Shown piece after piece: positions 20,149-31,142 of a DNA stretch of 64,000 nucleotides. A program made the translations under genes and the position numbers. Under the pieces are notes generated by a model that made no database searches, was not told where the DNA came from, and saw nothing but the letters and a program-made list of their open reading frames with translations. Position 1 is the first letter of the stretch. Every line of letters begins with the position of its first letter. Where the stretch lies: contig DEBC01000130.1 in NCBI GenBank assembly GCA_002348365.1, positions 15,224 to 79,223 on the forward strand, written 5' to 3'. This DNA comes from Alphaproteobacteria bacterium UBA2966. GTDB lineage: Bacteria; Pseudomonadota; Alphaproteobacteria; UBA2966.

Positions 20149-21976
20149 CTTCGGTTTTGGAGTGAACGTCCTGCGGACCCTTGCGTTGGGCTGCGTCGCC
20201 ATTTCTCTTGGGGTCGCGGCGCACGCACAGGTCGGTCCGCCAGTGAAGCTCATTCCGGGATCATCTGATCAGCAGCAACAGCCTGTCGCAGAAGTAAAGG
20301 TCGTCCCGCCTCGGGCAAGCCCGCAAGCAGAAGTCCCAGCCGATCCCGATTCCAAAATTCGTTCGATTGTGCAGGGCGGCGGGGTCGTCGTTGGGAAGAT
20401 CTCAACGATAGATCCTTCGTCCGTTGGACTGTTATCTCTGGAAGATGGCGGTTTCGGCTCGGACATGTGGAGAGGCAGTGATCGTGCCTTTGTCGAGGCT
20501 CTGATACCCCGCCTCCCCGTCCAAACATTGTCACCCGTCATGCAGAACCTGACACGGCGCCTTCTCCTGTCGGAGGCGCGCGTTCCTGCCGGTACTCCCA
20601 CTGCCCCGAGCCTATTGGGGCTGCGTGTTGAGAGGCTCAGCGCCAGCGGTCAGACAGATTTGGTTCGTGACTTGTTGCGGCTGGCTCCATCACGTCTCAA
20701 GGACGCCGCGCTGGCCCGTGCCGAAGTCGACAGCATGCTCCTGTCCGGGAATCACGCAGGCGCCTGCACCAACATCGAGGCGCTGCTCAGCGATAGTGAC
20801 GATCCGTACTGGCTCAAGGGGCTGACATTCTGCAAGGCATTGAATGGCGAAAGCGCGGCGGCGCAACTGGGCGTTTCGCTGTTGCAGGAACAGGGTGGTA
20901 CGGGAGACGACTCGTTCTTCGAACTGGTTGCCTCCCTCGTCGGCGATTCGAAGAATGCGCCGGGTACTTTGATCGACCCGTCGCCGCTTCATATGGCGAT
21001 GCTCCGCGCCGCCAGGCTCGATGTGCCGGATGATGCGGTTCCAGGTGCGCGGCCGGCAATTCTGAGATCAATTGCAACATCACCTAACGCGCCATTGGCG
21101 ACGAGGCTATTGGCGGCGGAGCGCGCTGAGGCGGCCGGCGCGCTGTCGCCGGATGCACTGGCAGCGATCTATGAGAGCGTCGAAATCCCTCCTGAAGATC
21201 TGCTTGCGTGGCAGACGCTTGCTGTGGAGGAGGCGGGGCCGCGTATCAATGCCCTTCTGTACCAGGTTGCTCTGACAGAATCCGGAGCTGTTAACCGAGC
21301 TCGTGTCGTGGTAACGGCGCTGTCACGGGCGCGGGTGGCAGGCGGTTTCAACACCATCTCCCGTGTGATGCGAGAGATTTGCAGCGCCATCGATCCGACG
21401 CCTTCTCTCGCGTGGGCAGCGTCTGAAATCGGTCGAGCTCTCCTGGCTGCGGGCGACACTGCGTCCGCTCGACGATGGTTCGACATGATGCATCAGAAAG
21501 CGGTGGAGCAAGTTCCCGACGCTGCGCTCGCGGTTCTGGATCTCTGGCCGCTTATCCAGCTCATGGACGTCGAAGGCTCTCTCGGTTGGAATCCCGACGC
21601 CCTGCTGGGGTGGTGGGAAGGCGAGCGGTCGCGTGCCGGAGACAGCGCGTATGAACGTGCGGCCATCGTGCTTACTCTGATGGATGCGGTCGGCTACGAC
21701 GTTCCGGAGAGCCTTTGGCAAGAGCTAATGGAGGCTTCCCTGACGGTCACCGCATATCTGCCTTCCGTGCAACTCTGGCGCGCGCTCGAAACCGCTTCGC
21801 AAGACTTTCGAGTTGGAGAGACCATTCTTCTGTCATTATTGGCGTTGGGCGAAGTCGGACCGGCAGTCGCCAACCCCACAACTCTGCACGCGGTGATTTC
21901 CGCGCTCAGACGCGTGGGCCTCGAGGCGGACGCCCGAAGCCTGGCACTCGAATCCGCTTTATCGAAGGGTCTTTAG
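20129..21976 (+). CDS. hypothetical secreted Ala/Leu-rich protein (conserved position between aroK and xerD)
   Basis: 615 aa with an N-terminal signal peptide (VLRTLALGCVAISLGVAAHAQVG); no recognised domain. Confidence 0.5.
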   Translation: MTDSRADFGFGVNVLRTLALGCVAISLGVAAHAQVGPPVKLIPGSSDQQQQPVAEVKVVPPRASPQAEVPADPDSKIRSIVQGGGVVVGKISTIDPSSVGLLSLEDGGFGSDMWRGSDRAFVEALIPRLPVQTLSPVMQNLTRRLLLSEARVPAGTPTAPSLLGLRVERLSASGQTDLVRDLLRLAPSRLKDAALARAEVDSMLLSGNHAGACTNIEALLSDSDDPYWLKGLTFCKALNGESAAAQLGVSLLQEQGGTGDDSFFELVASLVGDSKNAPGTLIDPSPLHMAMLRAARLDVPDDAVPGARPAILRSIATSPNAPLATRLLAAERAEAAGALSPDALAAIYESVEIPPEDLLAWQTLAVEEAGPRINALLYQVALTESGAVNRARVVVTALSRARVAGGFNTISRVMREICSAIDPTPSLAWAASEIGRALLAAGDTASARRWFDMMHQKAVEQVPDAALAVLDLWPLIQLMDVEGSLGWNPDALLGWWEGERSRAGDSAYERAAIVLTLMDAVGYDVPESLWQELMEASLTVTAYLPSVQLWRALETASQDFRVGETILLSLLALGEVGPAVANPTTLHAVISALRRVGLEADARSLALESALSKGL

Positions 21977-22029
21977 CTAGACATTGTTCTGATAGTGCGG
22001 AGATCCATCCTTGAGAGGATCCGGCAGGC

Positions 22030-22929
22030 GTGACAGACACGAAAATTGAACTGTTCTTGGAAATGATGTCGGCGGAGCGGGGTGCTGCGCAGACCACGTT
22101 GAAGAATTATCAGCGTGACTTGGAGGATTTTGCCGATTTCGCAGACAGGAACGGAACCCAGATTGCGGCGGCCGATACCGGAACGATCCGTGACTATCTG
22201 GCCGCTATGTCTTCGACGGGTCTCGCGGCCTCCACGGCCGCTCGACGTCTTTCCGCGTTGCGCCAGTTTTTCGGATTCCTTTACGCGGAAGGGCTTCGGG
22301 AAGACGATCCCTGCGTCGCGGTCGAAGGTCCACGACGGACGCGCCCCCTACCCAAGGTGCTTGCCGAGGATGAGGTTGAACTCTTGCTCGATGAGGCGCG
22401 GAGGAAATCAGGCCCCGATGGCGCTCGTCTGGTCGCGCTCATGGAGACGCTGTATGCCACAGGACTTCGCGTGTCCGAGCTGGTCGCGCTCCCGTTGTCG
22501 GCTGCAACGCCGGGTACGCGAATATTGATGGTGCGGGGCAAGGGAAATAAGGAACGTATTGTTCCACTCAGCGAGATAGCGGCTCAGGCGATCGCTGCGT
22601 ACGTCGCGGTTCGTTCGAGGCATCTTAAGGAGGGTGACCAATCCCCGTGGCTCTTTCCTTCGCGAGGTGCGAGCGGCCATCTGACCGAAAGGCGCTTTTC
22701 CCAGATGATCAAGGCGCTGGCCTACGATGCAGGGCTGGATCCCTCCCGGGTTTCGCCCCACGTACTGCGCCATGCGTTTGCCAGCCATCTACTTGCCCAC
22801 GGGGCTGATCTTCGGGCCGTGCAGCAGATGTTGGGCCACGCTGACATATCGACCACGCAGATTTACACGCATGTGCTGGAGGAGCGTCTCAAGGAAATCG
22901 TCACGCGTCATCATCCGCTGAGCACCTAG
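22030..22929 (+). CDS. xerD: site-specific tyrosine recombinase XerD
   Basis: 299 aa, MTDTKIELFLEMMSAERGAAQTTLKNYQRDLEDF..., with the R..HxxR..Y catalytic region (HVLRHAFASHLL...IYTH). Confidence 0.85.
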   Translation: MTDTKIELFLEMMSAERGAAQTTLKNYQRDLEDFADFADRNGTQIAAADTGTIRDYLAAMSSTGLAASTAARRLSALRQFFGFLYAEGLREDDPCVAVEGPRRTRPLPKVLAEDEVELLLDEARRKSGPDGARLVALMETLYATGLRVSELVALPLSAATPGTRILMVRGKGNKERIVPLSEIAAQAIAAYVAVRSRHLKEGDQSPWLFPSRGASGHLTERRFSQMIKALAYDAGLDPSRVSPHVLRHAFASHLLAHGADLRAVQQMLGHADISTTQIYTHVLEERLKEIVTRHHPLST

Positions 22930-23062
22930 GTTGCAGGAAGATGGCCGTACAGGAGTGATTGCTGCCCTACTTGTTGACAGCCCCGCGGACCGTTGACATG
23001 TTGGACGGTCCCGGATTCCAAGGACGCAGGTCCGCGCTGGGCGATCCCATCAAGAGGACGAA

Positions 23063-24100
23063 ATGAGTTTCACTATCGTCGAGGAGACGACGCCACGACT
23101 GAATCGCTCGGAGCTGTCAGTACCTGCGATCTCGACGCGCTTTCTGGAGCGCGCTGCAACCAGTCCGGCCGATATTGTCATGCTCGACCTGGAAGACTCG
23201 GTCGCGCCAGACGACAAGGCGGCCGCTCGTAAGAATGTCATCGAAGCTCTCAACGATCTTGACTGGGGCGGGCGTACCGTGTCGCTGCGGATCAATGGTC
23301 TGGATACGCCCTATATGTATCGGGACGTGATAGACGTGGTCGAGCAGGCCGGCGCGCATCTCGATCTCATTATGGTCCCCAAGGTGGGCACCGCGGCTGA
23401 CGTCTACGCGGTCGATATGCTCATCACCCAAATTGAGCAGGCCAAGGGATTGCGCAAACGGATCGGGCTCGAGATTCAGATAGAGACGGCGCTGGGCATG
23501 CAGAACATCGGAGAGATTGCTGCCGCCAGCCGACGAGCCGAATCGCTTCATTTCGGTTCGGGCGACTATGCCGCATCCACCGGCGCGCGGACGACAGTTA
23601 TCGGCGGGTCCGATCCAAATTATCACACGCTCACCGATCCCGATGAGCACGGCGCGCGGGAGCGGCACTGGGGTGACGCTTGGCACTATCCCTCGTCACA
23701 GATCGTTGTCGCGGCTCGGGCCAACGGGCTGCGTCCGATTGACGGTCCGTATGCGAATATTGCGGATGCGGAAGGTTTCCAGTCTTTGGCCTTGCGTGCT
23801 GCTTCGCTCGGCTTCGAGGGCAAATGGGCCATCCATCCCAGCCAGATTCCGGCGGCGAACGACCTCTTCAGCCCTTCGAAAGACGAAATTACACGGGCGC
23901 GGCGTATACTGGTGGCCATGCGTGAGGCTGAGCGCGAAGGCCGGGCCGCCGTGACGCTCGACGGTCGCATGATCGATATTGCCTCTTTGCGTCAGGCGGA
24001 AGTCATGGTTAGGAAGGCCCGTCTGATCAAATCGCGGAGCAAGGGCGGCGGGCGATCTGCCTCAAAGCGAAAGCCCAGTGCCCGCAAAGCCAAGGCTTAG
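23063..24100 (+). CDS. HpcH/HpaI aldolase / citrate-lyase beta (CitE)-family CoA-ester lyase with a Lys/Arg-rich C-terminal tail
   Basis: 345 aa; core resembles malyl-CoA/citryl-CoA lyases (VMLDLEDSVAPDDKAAARKNV...GLEIQIETALGMQNIGEIAA). The last 25 aa or so are KSRSKGGGRSASKRKPSARKAKA. Confidence 0.7.
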   Translation: MSFTIVEETTPRLNRSELSVPAISTRFLERAATSPADIVMLDLEDSVAPDDKAAARKNVIEALNDLDWGGRTVSLRINGLDTPYMYRDVIDVVEQAGAHLDLIMVPKVGTAADVYAVDMLITQIEQAKGLRKRIGLEIQIETALGMQNIGEIAAASRRAESLHFGSGDYAASTGARTTVIGGSDPNYHTLTDPDEHGARERHWGDAWHYPSSQIVVAARANGLRPIDGPYANIADAEGFQSLALRAASLGFEGKWAIHPSQIPAANDLFSPSKDEITRARRILVAMREAEREGRAAVTLDGRMIDIASLRQAEVMVRKARLIKSRSKGGGRSASKRKPSARKAKA

Positions 24101-24113
24101 GACGCGAAGCTGA

Positions 24114-25070
24114 ATGGAAGCTTTTCTGGATTTTGAGAAACCCATCGCCGAGCTCGAGAGCAAGGTCAATGACCTGCGCCAGCTGGCGGAAACCGGAGAC
24201 GCTGACATCGGCGAAGAGGTCGCCAAACTCGAGGCGAAGGCGAGCGAATTGCTCATCGATACCTATGCCATTCTAACGCCATGGCAGAAGACGCAGGTGG
24301 CCCGCCATCCCAGCAGGCCCCATTTCGCCGACTATGTATCCCGTCTCATCGAGGGATTCACGCCTCTGGCTGGCGACCGGGCCTACGGTGATGATCGCGC
24401 CATTCGAGGAGGCCTGGGACGATTTCGTGGCCGCCCCGTCATGGTCATCGGACACGAAAAGGGTAGTGGCACCGAGGGGCGCGTGCATCACAACTTCGGC
24501 ATGGCGCAGCCCGAGGGCTATCGAAAGGCCGCACGGCTGATGCAACTCGCCGACAGGTTTGGAATTCCCGTTATCACGTTTGTCGATACACCTGGAGCTC
24601 ATCCCGGAATCGGCGCGGAAGAACGCGGCCAATCGGAAGCCATTGCCAGGTCGATAGAGGCGTGCCTGTCGCTGCGCGTGCCGTTGCTCTCCGTGGTCAT
24701 TGGTGAAGGTGGATCGGGCGGCGCGGTGGCTTTGGCCACCGCAAACCGGGTGATGATGCTCGAGCATGCAATCTACTCGGTGATATCTCCGGAAGGTTGC
24801 GCCTCAATCCTGTGGCGCAGCGCCGAGCACGCGCAGGAAGCCGCCGAGGCACTCAAACTGACCGCCAAGGACCTTATGGGCTTCGGCGTCATCGACACGG
24901 TTATCGACGAGCCGATCGGCGGTGCGCACCGAAGCCCGCAGAGCGCCATCGAATCCGTCGGGGAGGCGCTCGACTCGGCGTTCTTGACTCTCGGCAATCT
25001 TGACGGCGCCCAGCTCAAATCCAGCCGCCGAGAGAAATTCATCGAGATGGGGCGGAACGGATTGGCGTAA
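24114..25070 (+). CDS. accA: acetyl-CoA carboxylase carboxyltransferase alpha subunit
   Basis: 318 aa, [26 protein letters not shown]... Confidence 0.9.
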   Translation: MEAFLDFEKPIAELESKVNDLRQLAETGDADIGEEVAKLEAKASELLIDTYAILTPWQKTQVARHPSRPHFADYVSRLIEGFTPLAGDRAYGDDRAIRGGLGRFRGRPVMVIGHEKGSGTEGRVHHNFGMAQPEGYRKAARLMQLADRFGIPVITFVDTPGAHPGIGAEERGQSEAIARSIEACLSLRVPLLSVVIGEGGSGGAVALATANRVMMLEHAIYSVISPEGCASILWRSAEHAQEAAEALKLTAKDLMGFGVIDTVIDEPIGGAHRSPQSAIESVGEALDSAFLTLGNLDGAQLKSSRREKFIEMGRNGLA

Positions 25071-25128
25071 CGCTTGTTTGCCTTTACGGGTCACATAGAT
25101 TGTGGCCGGATGGGGAACTGATCCGGTA

Positions 25129-27852
25129 CTAGCTCGCCTTGCCGTGACAATGTTTGTATTTGCGGCCCGATTCGCAGGGGCAGGGGGCGTTGCGCGGTAC
25201 TTTCCCCCACGTACTGGGATCTGCGGGATCGAGCTTCGGCCGTTCCTTGAGCATGGTTCCCGACCCGCTGGCGGCGAGCTCCATTTCACCTTCGCCCGTA
25301 AAGGGATCGATGTGAGACTCCAGAACATCCGACGCATCTCGCTGGGCCGGTGGTGGCGGTGCGCCCTCGCGGTGCTCCATGTGGAGCTCGACATGGGCCA
25401 GAAGGTTTGTGACGTGCTCCCGCAACTCGATCAGCATTGCCTCGAATAGCGCAAAGGCCTCGCTCTTGTATTCATTCAACGGGTCGCGCTGTCCGTAGGC
25501 ACGCAGCCCGATACCCTGGCGCAGGTGATCGAGAGCCAGCAAATGTTCCTTCCAGTGCTGGTCGAGCAGTTGGAGTAGCAAATTCTTTTCAACCATGCGC
25601 CAGAGGTCGCGGCCGTAGTTGGCAGCTTTCTCGGCCATCTTGCGGTCGACTTCCTGCTCGAGGCGTTCCCAGATCTCGACGGGGCCGATACCTTCTTCAG
25701 CCGCCCAGGCAGCGATTGGCAGGTCGAGATCGAAGATCCGTTCGACTTCCGACCGCAAGGTTTCTGTCTCCCATTGCTCAGCGTAGGCCTTCTCGGGCAC
25801 GTGCCGGACGCATAGCGTCTCCACCACCTCGCGACGCATCTCCATGACATCCTCGGCAACGTCCTCTGCCCGCATTAGTTCGATGCGCTGCTCGTAGATG
25901 ACCTTGCGCTGATCGTTCATCACATCGTCAAAGCGCAGCAGGTTTTTTCGAATGTCGAAGTTGCGGGCTTCGACCTTCTGCTGTGCTTTTTCGAGCGCTT
26001 TGTTAATCCAGGGATGGATGATCGCCTCGCCTTCCTTGAGCCCAAGTTTGCGCAGCATCGAGTCCATGCGTTCGGACCCGAAAATGCGCATCAGGTCGTC
26101 TTCCAGGCTGAGGAAGAATTTTGATGAGCCGGGATCACCCTGCCTTCCGGAACGGCCACGAAGCTGATTGTCGATACGACGGCTCTCGTGCCGTTCCGTG
26201 CCGACGATAAACAGTCCGTTCACGTGAATGACGGCCTTCTTGTCATTCTCGATCTCGAGCGCGATTTCCGCGATCTTCTCTTCACGCTTGGTGTCGCTCT
26301 CGATGTTGTCTGCTTCTTGGGCAACACGCATTTCCATGTTGCCGCCCAATTGAATATCGGTCCCGCGACCGGCCATGTTCGTGGCGATGGTCACGCCGCC
26401 CAACCGCCCGGCTTGGGCGATGATATGCGCCTCCTGCTCGTGATAGCGTGCGTTAAGAACGTTGTGCTCGACACCACGCTCTTTCAACAGTTTGGCGAGG
26501 TGCTCGGACTTTTCGATCGAGACCGTGCCGACCAGCACCGGTTGCCCGGACTTCTGGCATTCCTCAATCTGATCGAGGATGGCGTCGTATTTCTCATTGG
26601 CAGTGCGATACACTTCGTCGTCTTCATCCTTGCGAACGCACGGCAGGTTTGTGGGGATAGTGATCACGTCGAGACGATAGATGTCGGCAAACTCTTCGGC
26701 CTCGGTAAGGGCGGTGCCCGTCATGCCTGCCAGCTTGTCGTAAAGGCGGAAGTAATTCTGAAACGTGATCGACGCCAGTGTCTGATTTTCCTGCTGGATG
26801 GAAACGCGCTCCTTGGCCTCCAACGCCTGGTGGAGGCCCTCCGAATAGCGGCGGCCTTCCATCATCCGGCCCGTGAACTCGTCGATAATGATGACCTTGT
26901 CATCCTTGACGATGTAGTCCGTATCGCGTGCGAACAGCTTATGAGCGCGCAGCGCCTGATTGACATGATGGACGATTGAAATATTGGCAATGTCGTAGAG
27001 CGAGCCGTGTTCCAGCTGATCGGTTTCACGCAGGATTTCTTCGACACGTTCCACACCGGCGTCCGTGAGCGATACGGCGCGCGCCTTTTCATCCGTTTCG
27101 TAATGTTCGTCCTCGAGACTGGGGATCACCTTGTCAACGGCGAGGTAGAGCTCCGAGGAGTCCTCGGCCGGTCCTGAGATGATCAAAGGCGTTCGCGCCT
27201 CGTCGATCAGGATGCTGTCCACCTCGTCGACGATCGCGAAATCGTGTCCGCGTTGGACCATGTCATCGAGCGCGAACTTCATGTTGTCGCGGAGGTAGTC
27301 AAAGCCGAATTCGTTGTTAGTCCCGTAGGTGACGTCGGCCGAGTAGGCCTCTCGCCGCTCAGAGTCATCGATGCCGTGTACAATGACGCCGACTTTCAGG
27401 CCTAGGGCTTGGTAGATGCCGCCCATCCACTCCGCATCGCGCTGGGCCAGGTAGTCATTCACGGTTACCACGTGAACGCCCTTGCCACCCACTGCATTCA
27501 GATAGACCGGAAGCGTTGCCACGAGCGTTTTACCTTCACCCGTGGCCATTTCGGAGATCTTGCCCTGATGCAGGACCATGCCCCCGAGAAGCTGGACGTC
27601 GTAGTGCCGCTGCCCCAGCGTCCGCTTTGCCGCCTCGCGTACCGTCGCAAAAGCGTCGACGAGTATGTCATCGAGGGTCTCACCCTTTTCCAGCCGTTCA
27701 CGCAGCATGTCTGTGCGCGCGCGGAGTTCGTAATCGGCAAGATCCTCGAGCTCGGGCTCGAGAGCGTTAATCGCATCGACCTTCGGCTGTAAGTCGCGCA
27801 AAATGCGCTCGTTGGCGGTGCCGAAGAACTTCTGGGCCAGCGCAGCGAACAT
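25129..27852 (-). CDS. secA: preprotein translocase ATPase SecA
   Basis: [22 protein letters not shown]...; DEAD motor and C-terminal zinc-binding tail ...[18 protein letters not shown]. Start set at ATG 27850-27852; the ORF-track upstream extension is discarded. Confidence 0.95.
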   Translation of the reverse strand: MFAALAQKFFGTANERILRDLQPKVDAINALEPELEDLADYELRARTDMLRERLEKGETLDDILVDAFATVREAAKRTLGQRHYDVQLLGGMVLHQGKISEMATGEGKTLVATLPVYLNAVGGKGVHVVTVNDYLAQRDAEWMGGIYQALGLKVGVIVHGIDDSERREAYSADVTYGTNNEFGFDYLRDNMKFALDDMVQRGHDFAIVDEVDSILIDEARTPLIISGPAEDSSELYLAVDKVIPSLEDEHYETDEKARAVSLTDAGVERVEEILRETDQLEHGSLYDIANISIVHHVNQALRAHKLFARDTDYIVKDDKVIIIDEFTGRMMEGRRYSEGLHQALEAKERVSIQQENQTLASITFQNYFRLYDKLAGMTGTALTEAEEFADIYRLDVITIPTNLPCVRKDEDDEVYRTANEKYDAILDQIEECQKSGQPVLVGTVSIEKSEHLAKLLKERGVEHNVLNARYHEQEAHIIAQAGRLGGVTIATNMAGRGTDIQLGGNMEMRVAQEADNIESDTKREEKIAEIALEIENDKKAVIHVNGLFIVGTERHESRRIDNQLRGRSGRQGDPGSSKFFLSLEDDLMRIFGSERMDSMLRKLGLKEGEAIIHPWINKALEKAQQKVEARNFDIRKNLLRFDDVMNDQRKVIYEQRIELMRAEDVAEDVMEMRREVVETLCVRHVPEKAYAEQWETETLRSEVERIFDLDLPIAAWAAEEGIGPVEIWERLEQEVDRKMAEKAANYGRDLWRMVEKNLLLQLLDQHWKEHLLALDHLRQGIGLRAYGQRDPLNEYKSEAFALFEAMLIELREHVTNLLAHVELHMEHREGAPPPPAQRDASDVLESHIDPFTGEGEMELAASGSGTMLKERPKLDPADPSTWGKVPRNAPCPCESGRKYKHCHGKAS

Positions 27853-27879
27853 TGGATGTCCCTGGAATCGGAAAGGCAC

Positions 27880-27893
27880 ACGCCCTAGGGCGT
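27880..27893. promoter_or_regulatory. 14-bp perfect palindrome ACGCCCTAGGGCGT in the secA/argJ divergent intergenic region
   Basis: It equals its own reverse complement and lies 28 nt upstream of the secA start codon. Confidence 0.3.
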
Positions 27894-28050
27894 ATCGACT
27901 TGAGACATAAGGTCCGACCGGCATCCTGTCAACGGCGGTTTCTGCGCTGTTCCCGCCATAAGCGGCTTCTTGCCGCTCCTGCTCGCGCATGACATAAGGG
28001 CGGCCATCCGGCAACGTTCGAGTTTGGGTTTGTGATCGGGGGAATGTCCA

Positions 28051-29322
28051 ATGGCGCGTAAAAAGGGCGGCAAACACTCTCAGACGGGCACTCTGACCCG
28101 CTCGCCACTCGCCCGTGGACGCTTCCCGCGAATTCCCGAGGTGCAGGGCGTTCGGCTATCTTCGGTCGCGGCCGGCGTAAGGTACCGGGGCAGAAAGGAC
28201 GTCATGCTGGCAGAACTTTCGCCGGGAACAACTGTCGGCGGGGTCTTTACGCGCTCAAAGACCGCAGCGGCGCCCGTGGTGTGGTGTCGAGACAGATTGA
28301 AATCGGGCAAGGCCCGGGCCGTTCTTGTGAATGCCGGCAATGCGAACGCATTCACGGGATCCGAGGGCGTGTCTGCGGTGGCCACAGTGGCCGAGGCTGT
28401 TGCCAAGCAGGTGGGATGTCGGGCCACGGATGTGTTCATGGCCTCCACGGGTGTCATCGGTGAACCGCTGCCCCACGATCGCATCACGCAGGCGCTTGGC
28501 AGGCTGCAGCGGGGATTGTCAGGGACGTCGTGGCGCGCCGCTGCGGAAGCCATTCGTACGACAGATACCTTCGCCAAGGCGTCATCCGCGGTCGCACATA
28601 TCGACGGCAAGCCGTATGTTATTGCGGGCATCGCCAAAGGATCCGGCATGATTGCACCGGATATGGCGACAATGCTGGCATTTCTGTTCACTGATGCCCG
28701 GCTTCCGGGCGACGTGCTCCAAAAGCTGACCGTCGCCGCGAATCGCGTATCGTTCAACGCGATCTCCGTTGACGGAGACACGTCGACCTCTGACACCGTG
28801 CTCACGTTCGCTACCGGAAAAGGTCCTCGTCACGCGCGCATAAAGTCCGCTTCTGACCCGCGCCTGGCAGACTTCAAGGCCAAGCTCCGTTCCGTCATGA
28901 CCAATTTGGCTCAGCAGATTGTCAGGGATGGTGAAGGGGCATCGAAGTTTGTGACGATTTCGGTAAGTGGTGCCGAATCCTCCCGAGCGGCGCGGGCAAT
29001 CGGGCTTGCCATCGCCAACTCGCCGCTTGTCAAGACAGCGATTGCCGGAAACGATCCCAACTGGGGGCGCATCGTCATGGCGGTGGGCAAGGCCGGCGAA
29101 AAGGCGGACCGTGATCGACTCAGGATCGACATCGGCGACTGGCAGATCACCGCCGAGGGTATGGTTCGCGCCGACTATGATGAATCGCCGGTCGCCCGGT
29201 ACATGAAGGGCAGCGAGATCGACATTCGGGTTGATGTCGGCGTCGGACGGGGTCGTTTCACCGTCTGGACCTGCGATCTCACGCGGGCCTACGTATCGAT
29301 CAATGCCGATTATCGCTCATAG
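28051..29322 (+). CDS. argJ: bifunctional glutamate N-acetyltransferase / amino-acid acetyltransferase ArgJ
   Basis: 423 aa; ...[15 protein letters not shown]..., autoproteolytic ATML site ([12 protein letters not shown]). Confidence 0.9.
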   Translation: MARKKGGKHSQTGTLTRSPLARGRFPRIPEVQGVRLSSVAAGVRYRGRKDVMLAELSPGTTVGGVFTRSKTAAAPVVWCRDRLKSGKARAVLVNAGNANAFTGSEGVSAVATVAEAVAKQVGCRATDVFMASTGVIGEPLPHDRITQALGRLQRGLSGTSWRAAAEAIRTTDTFAKASSAVAHIDGKPYVIAGIAKGSGMIAPDMATMLAFLFTDARLPGDVLQKLTVAANRVSFNAISVDGDTSTSDTVLTFATGKGPRHARIKSASDPRLADFKAKLRSVMTNLAQQIVRDGEGASKFVTISVSGAESSRAARAIGLAIANSPLVKTAIAGNDPNWGRIVMAVGKAGEKADRDRLRIDIGDWQITAEGMVRADYDESPVARYMKGSEIDIRVDVGVGRGRFTVWTCDLTRAYVSINADYRS

Positions 29323-29364
29323 AGCGAGTTCACCTGCGAGAGCGGCGAGTTCGAAAGGGTCTCG

Positions 29365-29772
29365 ATGATGGACGTGCCCGTCCTGCTGGTGACCGCGGTT
29401 GCGCTGGTGGATGTCGATGGGCGCGTCCTGCTGGCGCAACGGCCGGCGGGCAAACCCATGGCGGGTCTTTGGGAGTTTCCCGGCGGGAAAGTGCGGGAGG
29501 GCGAAACCCCGGAGGTGGCACTGATCCGGGAATTGGGGGAAGAACTTGGGATCGATGTAACGGAGACCTGTCTGGCTCCGTTCACGTTCGCCTCGCACAC
29601 ATATGACGACTTTCACCTTCTCATGCCGCTCTTCGTCTGCCGGATATGGGAAGGCGTCGTGACGGCACGCGAAGGCCAGGAACTCAAGTGGGTGCGGCCA
29701 CAGGACATGAGCGACTATGACATGCCACCGGCCGATGTCCCGCTCGTTGCGATGCTGCGGGACCTGTTGTGA
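29365..29772 (+). CDS. mutT: NUDIX hydrolase (8-oxo-dGTP diphosphatase MutT-like)
   Basis: 135 aa with Nudix box GLWEFPGGKVREGETPEVALIRELGEELGI. Confidence 0.8.
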   Translation: MMDVPVLLVTAVALVDVDGRVLLAQRPAGKPMAGLWEFPGGKVREGETPEVALIRELGEELGIDVTETCLAPFTFASHTYDDFHLLMPLFVCRIWEGVVTAREGQELKWVRPQDMSDYDMPPADVPLVAMLRDLL

Positions 29773-29879
29773 TCGAGATCGTGAGGTGCACCGACGGGAG
29801 TAACGCGGGAGGCGGCGCCAGGCTGTAGAATATCGATTCCGCCAACATCTATCCTCATTTTGATTGGTACAGCTCAGTT

Positions 29880-30050
29880 ATGAATATCATCCGTATCGTC
29901 GTCGCCATTTTCCTTCCGCCGGTCGACGCATTTCTGACGGTCGGATTAGGCCTGCAATTCTGGTTGAACCTCATTCTCACAATCTGCTTATTCGTCCCGG
30001 GCGTTATTCACGCCCTCTGGCTGGTGGTGCGCAAAGCTCAGGACGCTTGA
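29880..30050 (+). CDS. YqaE/Pmp3 (UPF0057) family small proteolipid membrane protein, 56 aa
   Basis: MNIIRIVVAIFLPPVDAFLTVGLGLQFWLNLILTICLFVPGVIHALWLVVRKAQDA is collinear with E. coli YqaE (RIVITIILPPLGVLL...IPGLIHAFWV). Below the ORF-track size cutoff; the track instead lists an Arg-rich ORF in another frame. Confidence 0.7.
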   Translation: MNIIRIVVAIFLPPVDAFLTVGLGLQFWLNLILTICLFVPGVIHALWLVVRKAQDA

Positions 30051-30068
30051 CGTCGCCACGCCGCGCCG

Positions 30069-31019
30069 TCATTCCGGCTTCGCTTTGTCACCGGCAGATT
30101 GCTCGGTCGTTCCGAGGACATCGGCCAGCCGGGTCGTTGCGCTACCAGGCCGCAAGGGCTGGGGCTGAGACACATGTGGTGCCCACCCAGTCAAGGTGAT
30201 GATCTGGAACGTCGCCGGGATCCTTCCGTCGGAATCACCATGGTTTTGCTGATAGATCTCTCCTGCCCTTAGTAGGGTTTCCCGGCGTGTAAAGGTCCGC
30301 CGCCGGGTCTGGGTGGCATTGGTTTCTCCCATGCCCCGAAGATCGGTCATCAGGCGAAAAATATCCGGATAGGACACCGTCACCGAGTCTGCATCGGCGA
30401 CCGACAGCGAGAAGCGGGCCCGAGTGAGCAGGTCGCCTGCGTCACGCACGTCGAGAAAGGGCGAGACCCTCGGACCCGCGCCGCCTTCGACCTCCGTTTC
30501 GGCCTGGAGGAGTGACTCGCGCAGTTCCCACAAGGTGTCACCCCCGAACAGCGTGGCCAGAAACAATCCGTCGGGTTTCAGCGTACGATTGAGCTGTGCC
30601 AGCGCTCCGGGAAGATCGTTGGTCCAGTGCAGCACCAAATTACTGAGAACAATATCGAAACTCGCGGGAGCGAAGGGTACGGTTTCTTCGTCTGCCACGA
30701 TGCATGCGGAAGGCTGGGCATTTGACGAGATGAATGAAGGTGCCAGACTTCGAACCATCCCCCATGAAGAGTCCGTCTGAACGAGTTCTTCGATGCCGCC
30801 GCGTCCGTGCAAGAGGCTTGCGAGCAAGCCATTCCGGCAACCAACATCGAGGCCGAACGGGAACTTCCGAGTGACATCATCGAGGCGGTCGAGCAGCCCG
30901 TCAGCAGCCATGCGCATGAGAAATTCATGATCCGCTGGCATGAGGGCCGCTCTGTCACGATGTGCCCGGACGGCCACCCGATCGAAAACCGAAGGAAGTC
31001 CCGAAATTTCTTCGCCCAT
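30069..31019 (-). CDS. class I SAM-dependent methyltransferase (conserved neighbour of comF in alphaproteobacteria)
   Basis: 316 aa with methyltransferase motif I (LDVGCRNGLLASLL) and post-I region. Confidence 0.6.
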   Translation of the reverse strand: MGEEISGLPSVFDRVAVRAHRDRAALMPADHEFLMRMAADGLLDRLDDVTRKFPFGLDVGCRNGLLASLLHGRGGIEELVQTDSSWGMVRSLAPSFISSNAQPSACIVADEETVPFAPASFDIVLSNLVLHWTNDLPGALAQLNRTLKPDGLFLATLFGGDTLWELRESLLQAETEVEGGAGPRVSPFLDVRDAGDLLTRARFSLSVADADSVTVSYPDIFRLMTDLRGMGETNATQTRRRTFTRRETLLRAGEIYQQNHGDSDGRIPATFQIITLTGWAPHVSQPQPLRPGSATTRLADVLGTTEQSAGDKAKPE

Positions 31020-31142
31020 TCCTTCTATATGACATGTCGTATCCGCGCGCCAAAGCGGTACGCCATTCTTGAAGGAAGTGAGAGCCCCGCTCTTGTTGTC
31101 TCAGTTGATGCGATGATTTCCCCAAATGATGCGATGACTTGA

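Noticed and set aside
22030-22929. XerD as a marker of an integrated mobile element
   Set aside because: It is the housekeeping chromosome-dimer resolvase in its usual conserved neighbourhood (aroK/aroB, accA). There are no flanking repeats, no att-like duplication and no phage or transposon genes.
28080-28805. 241-aa minus-strand ORF
   Set aside because: It lies entirely antisense to argJ, is Ala/Arg/Ser-rich with low complexity, and argJ homology is unambiguous.
29864-30199. Arg-rich 111-aa ORF from the track
   Set aside because: The +1 frame encodes a clear YqaE/Pmp3 family proteolipid (29880-30050); the track ORF is an out-of-frame artefact.
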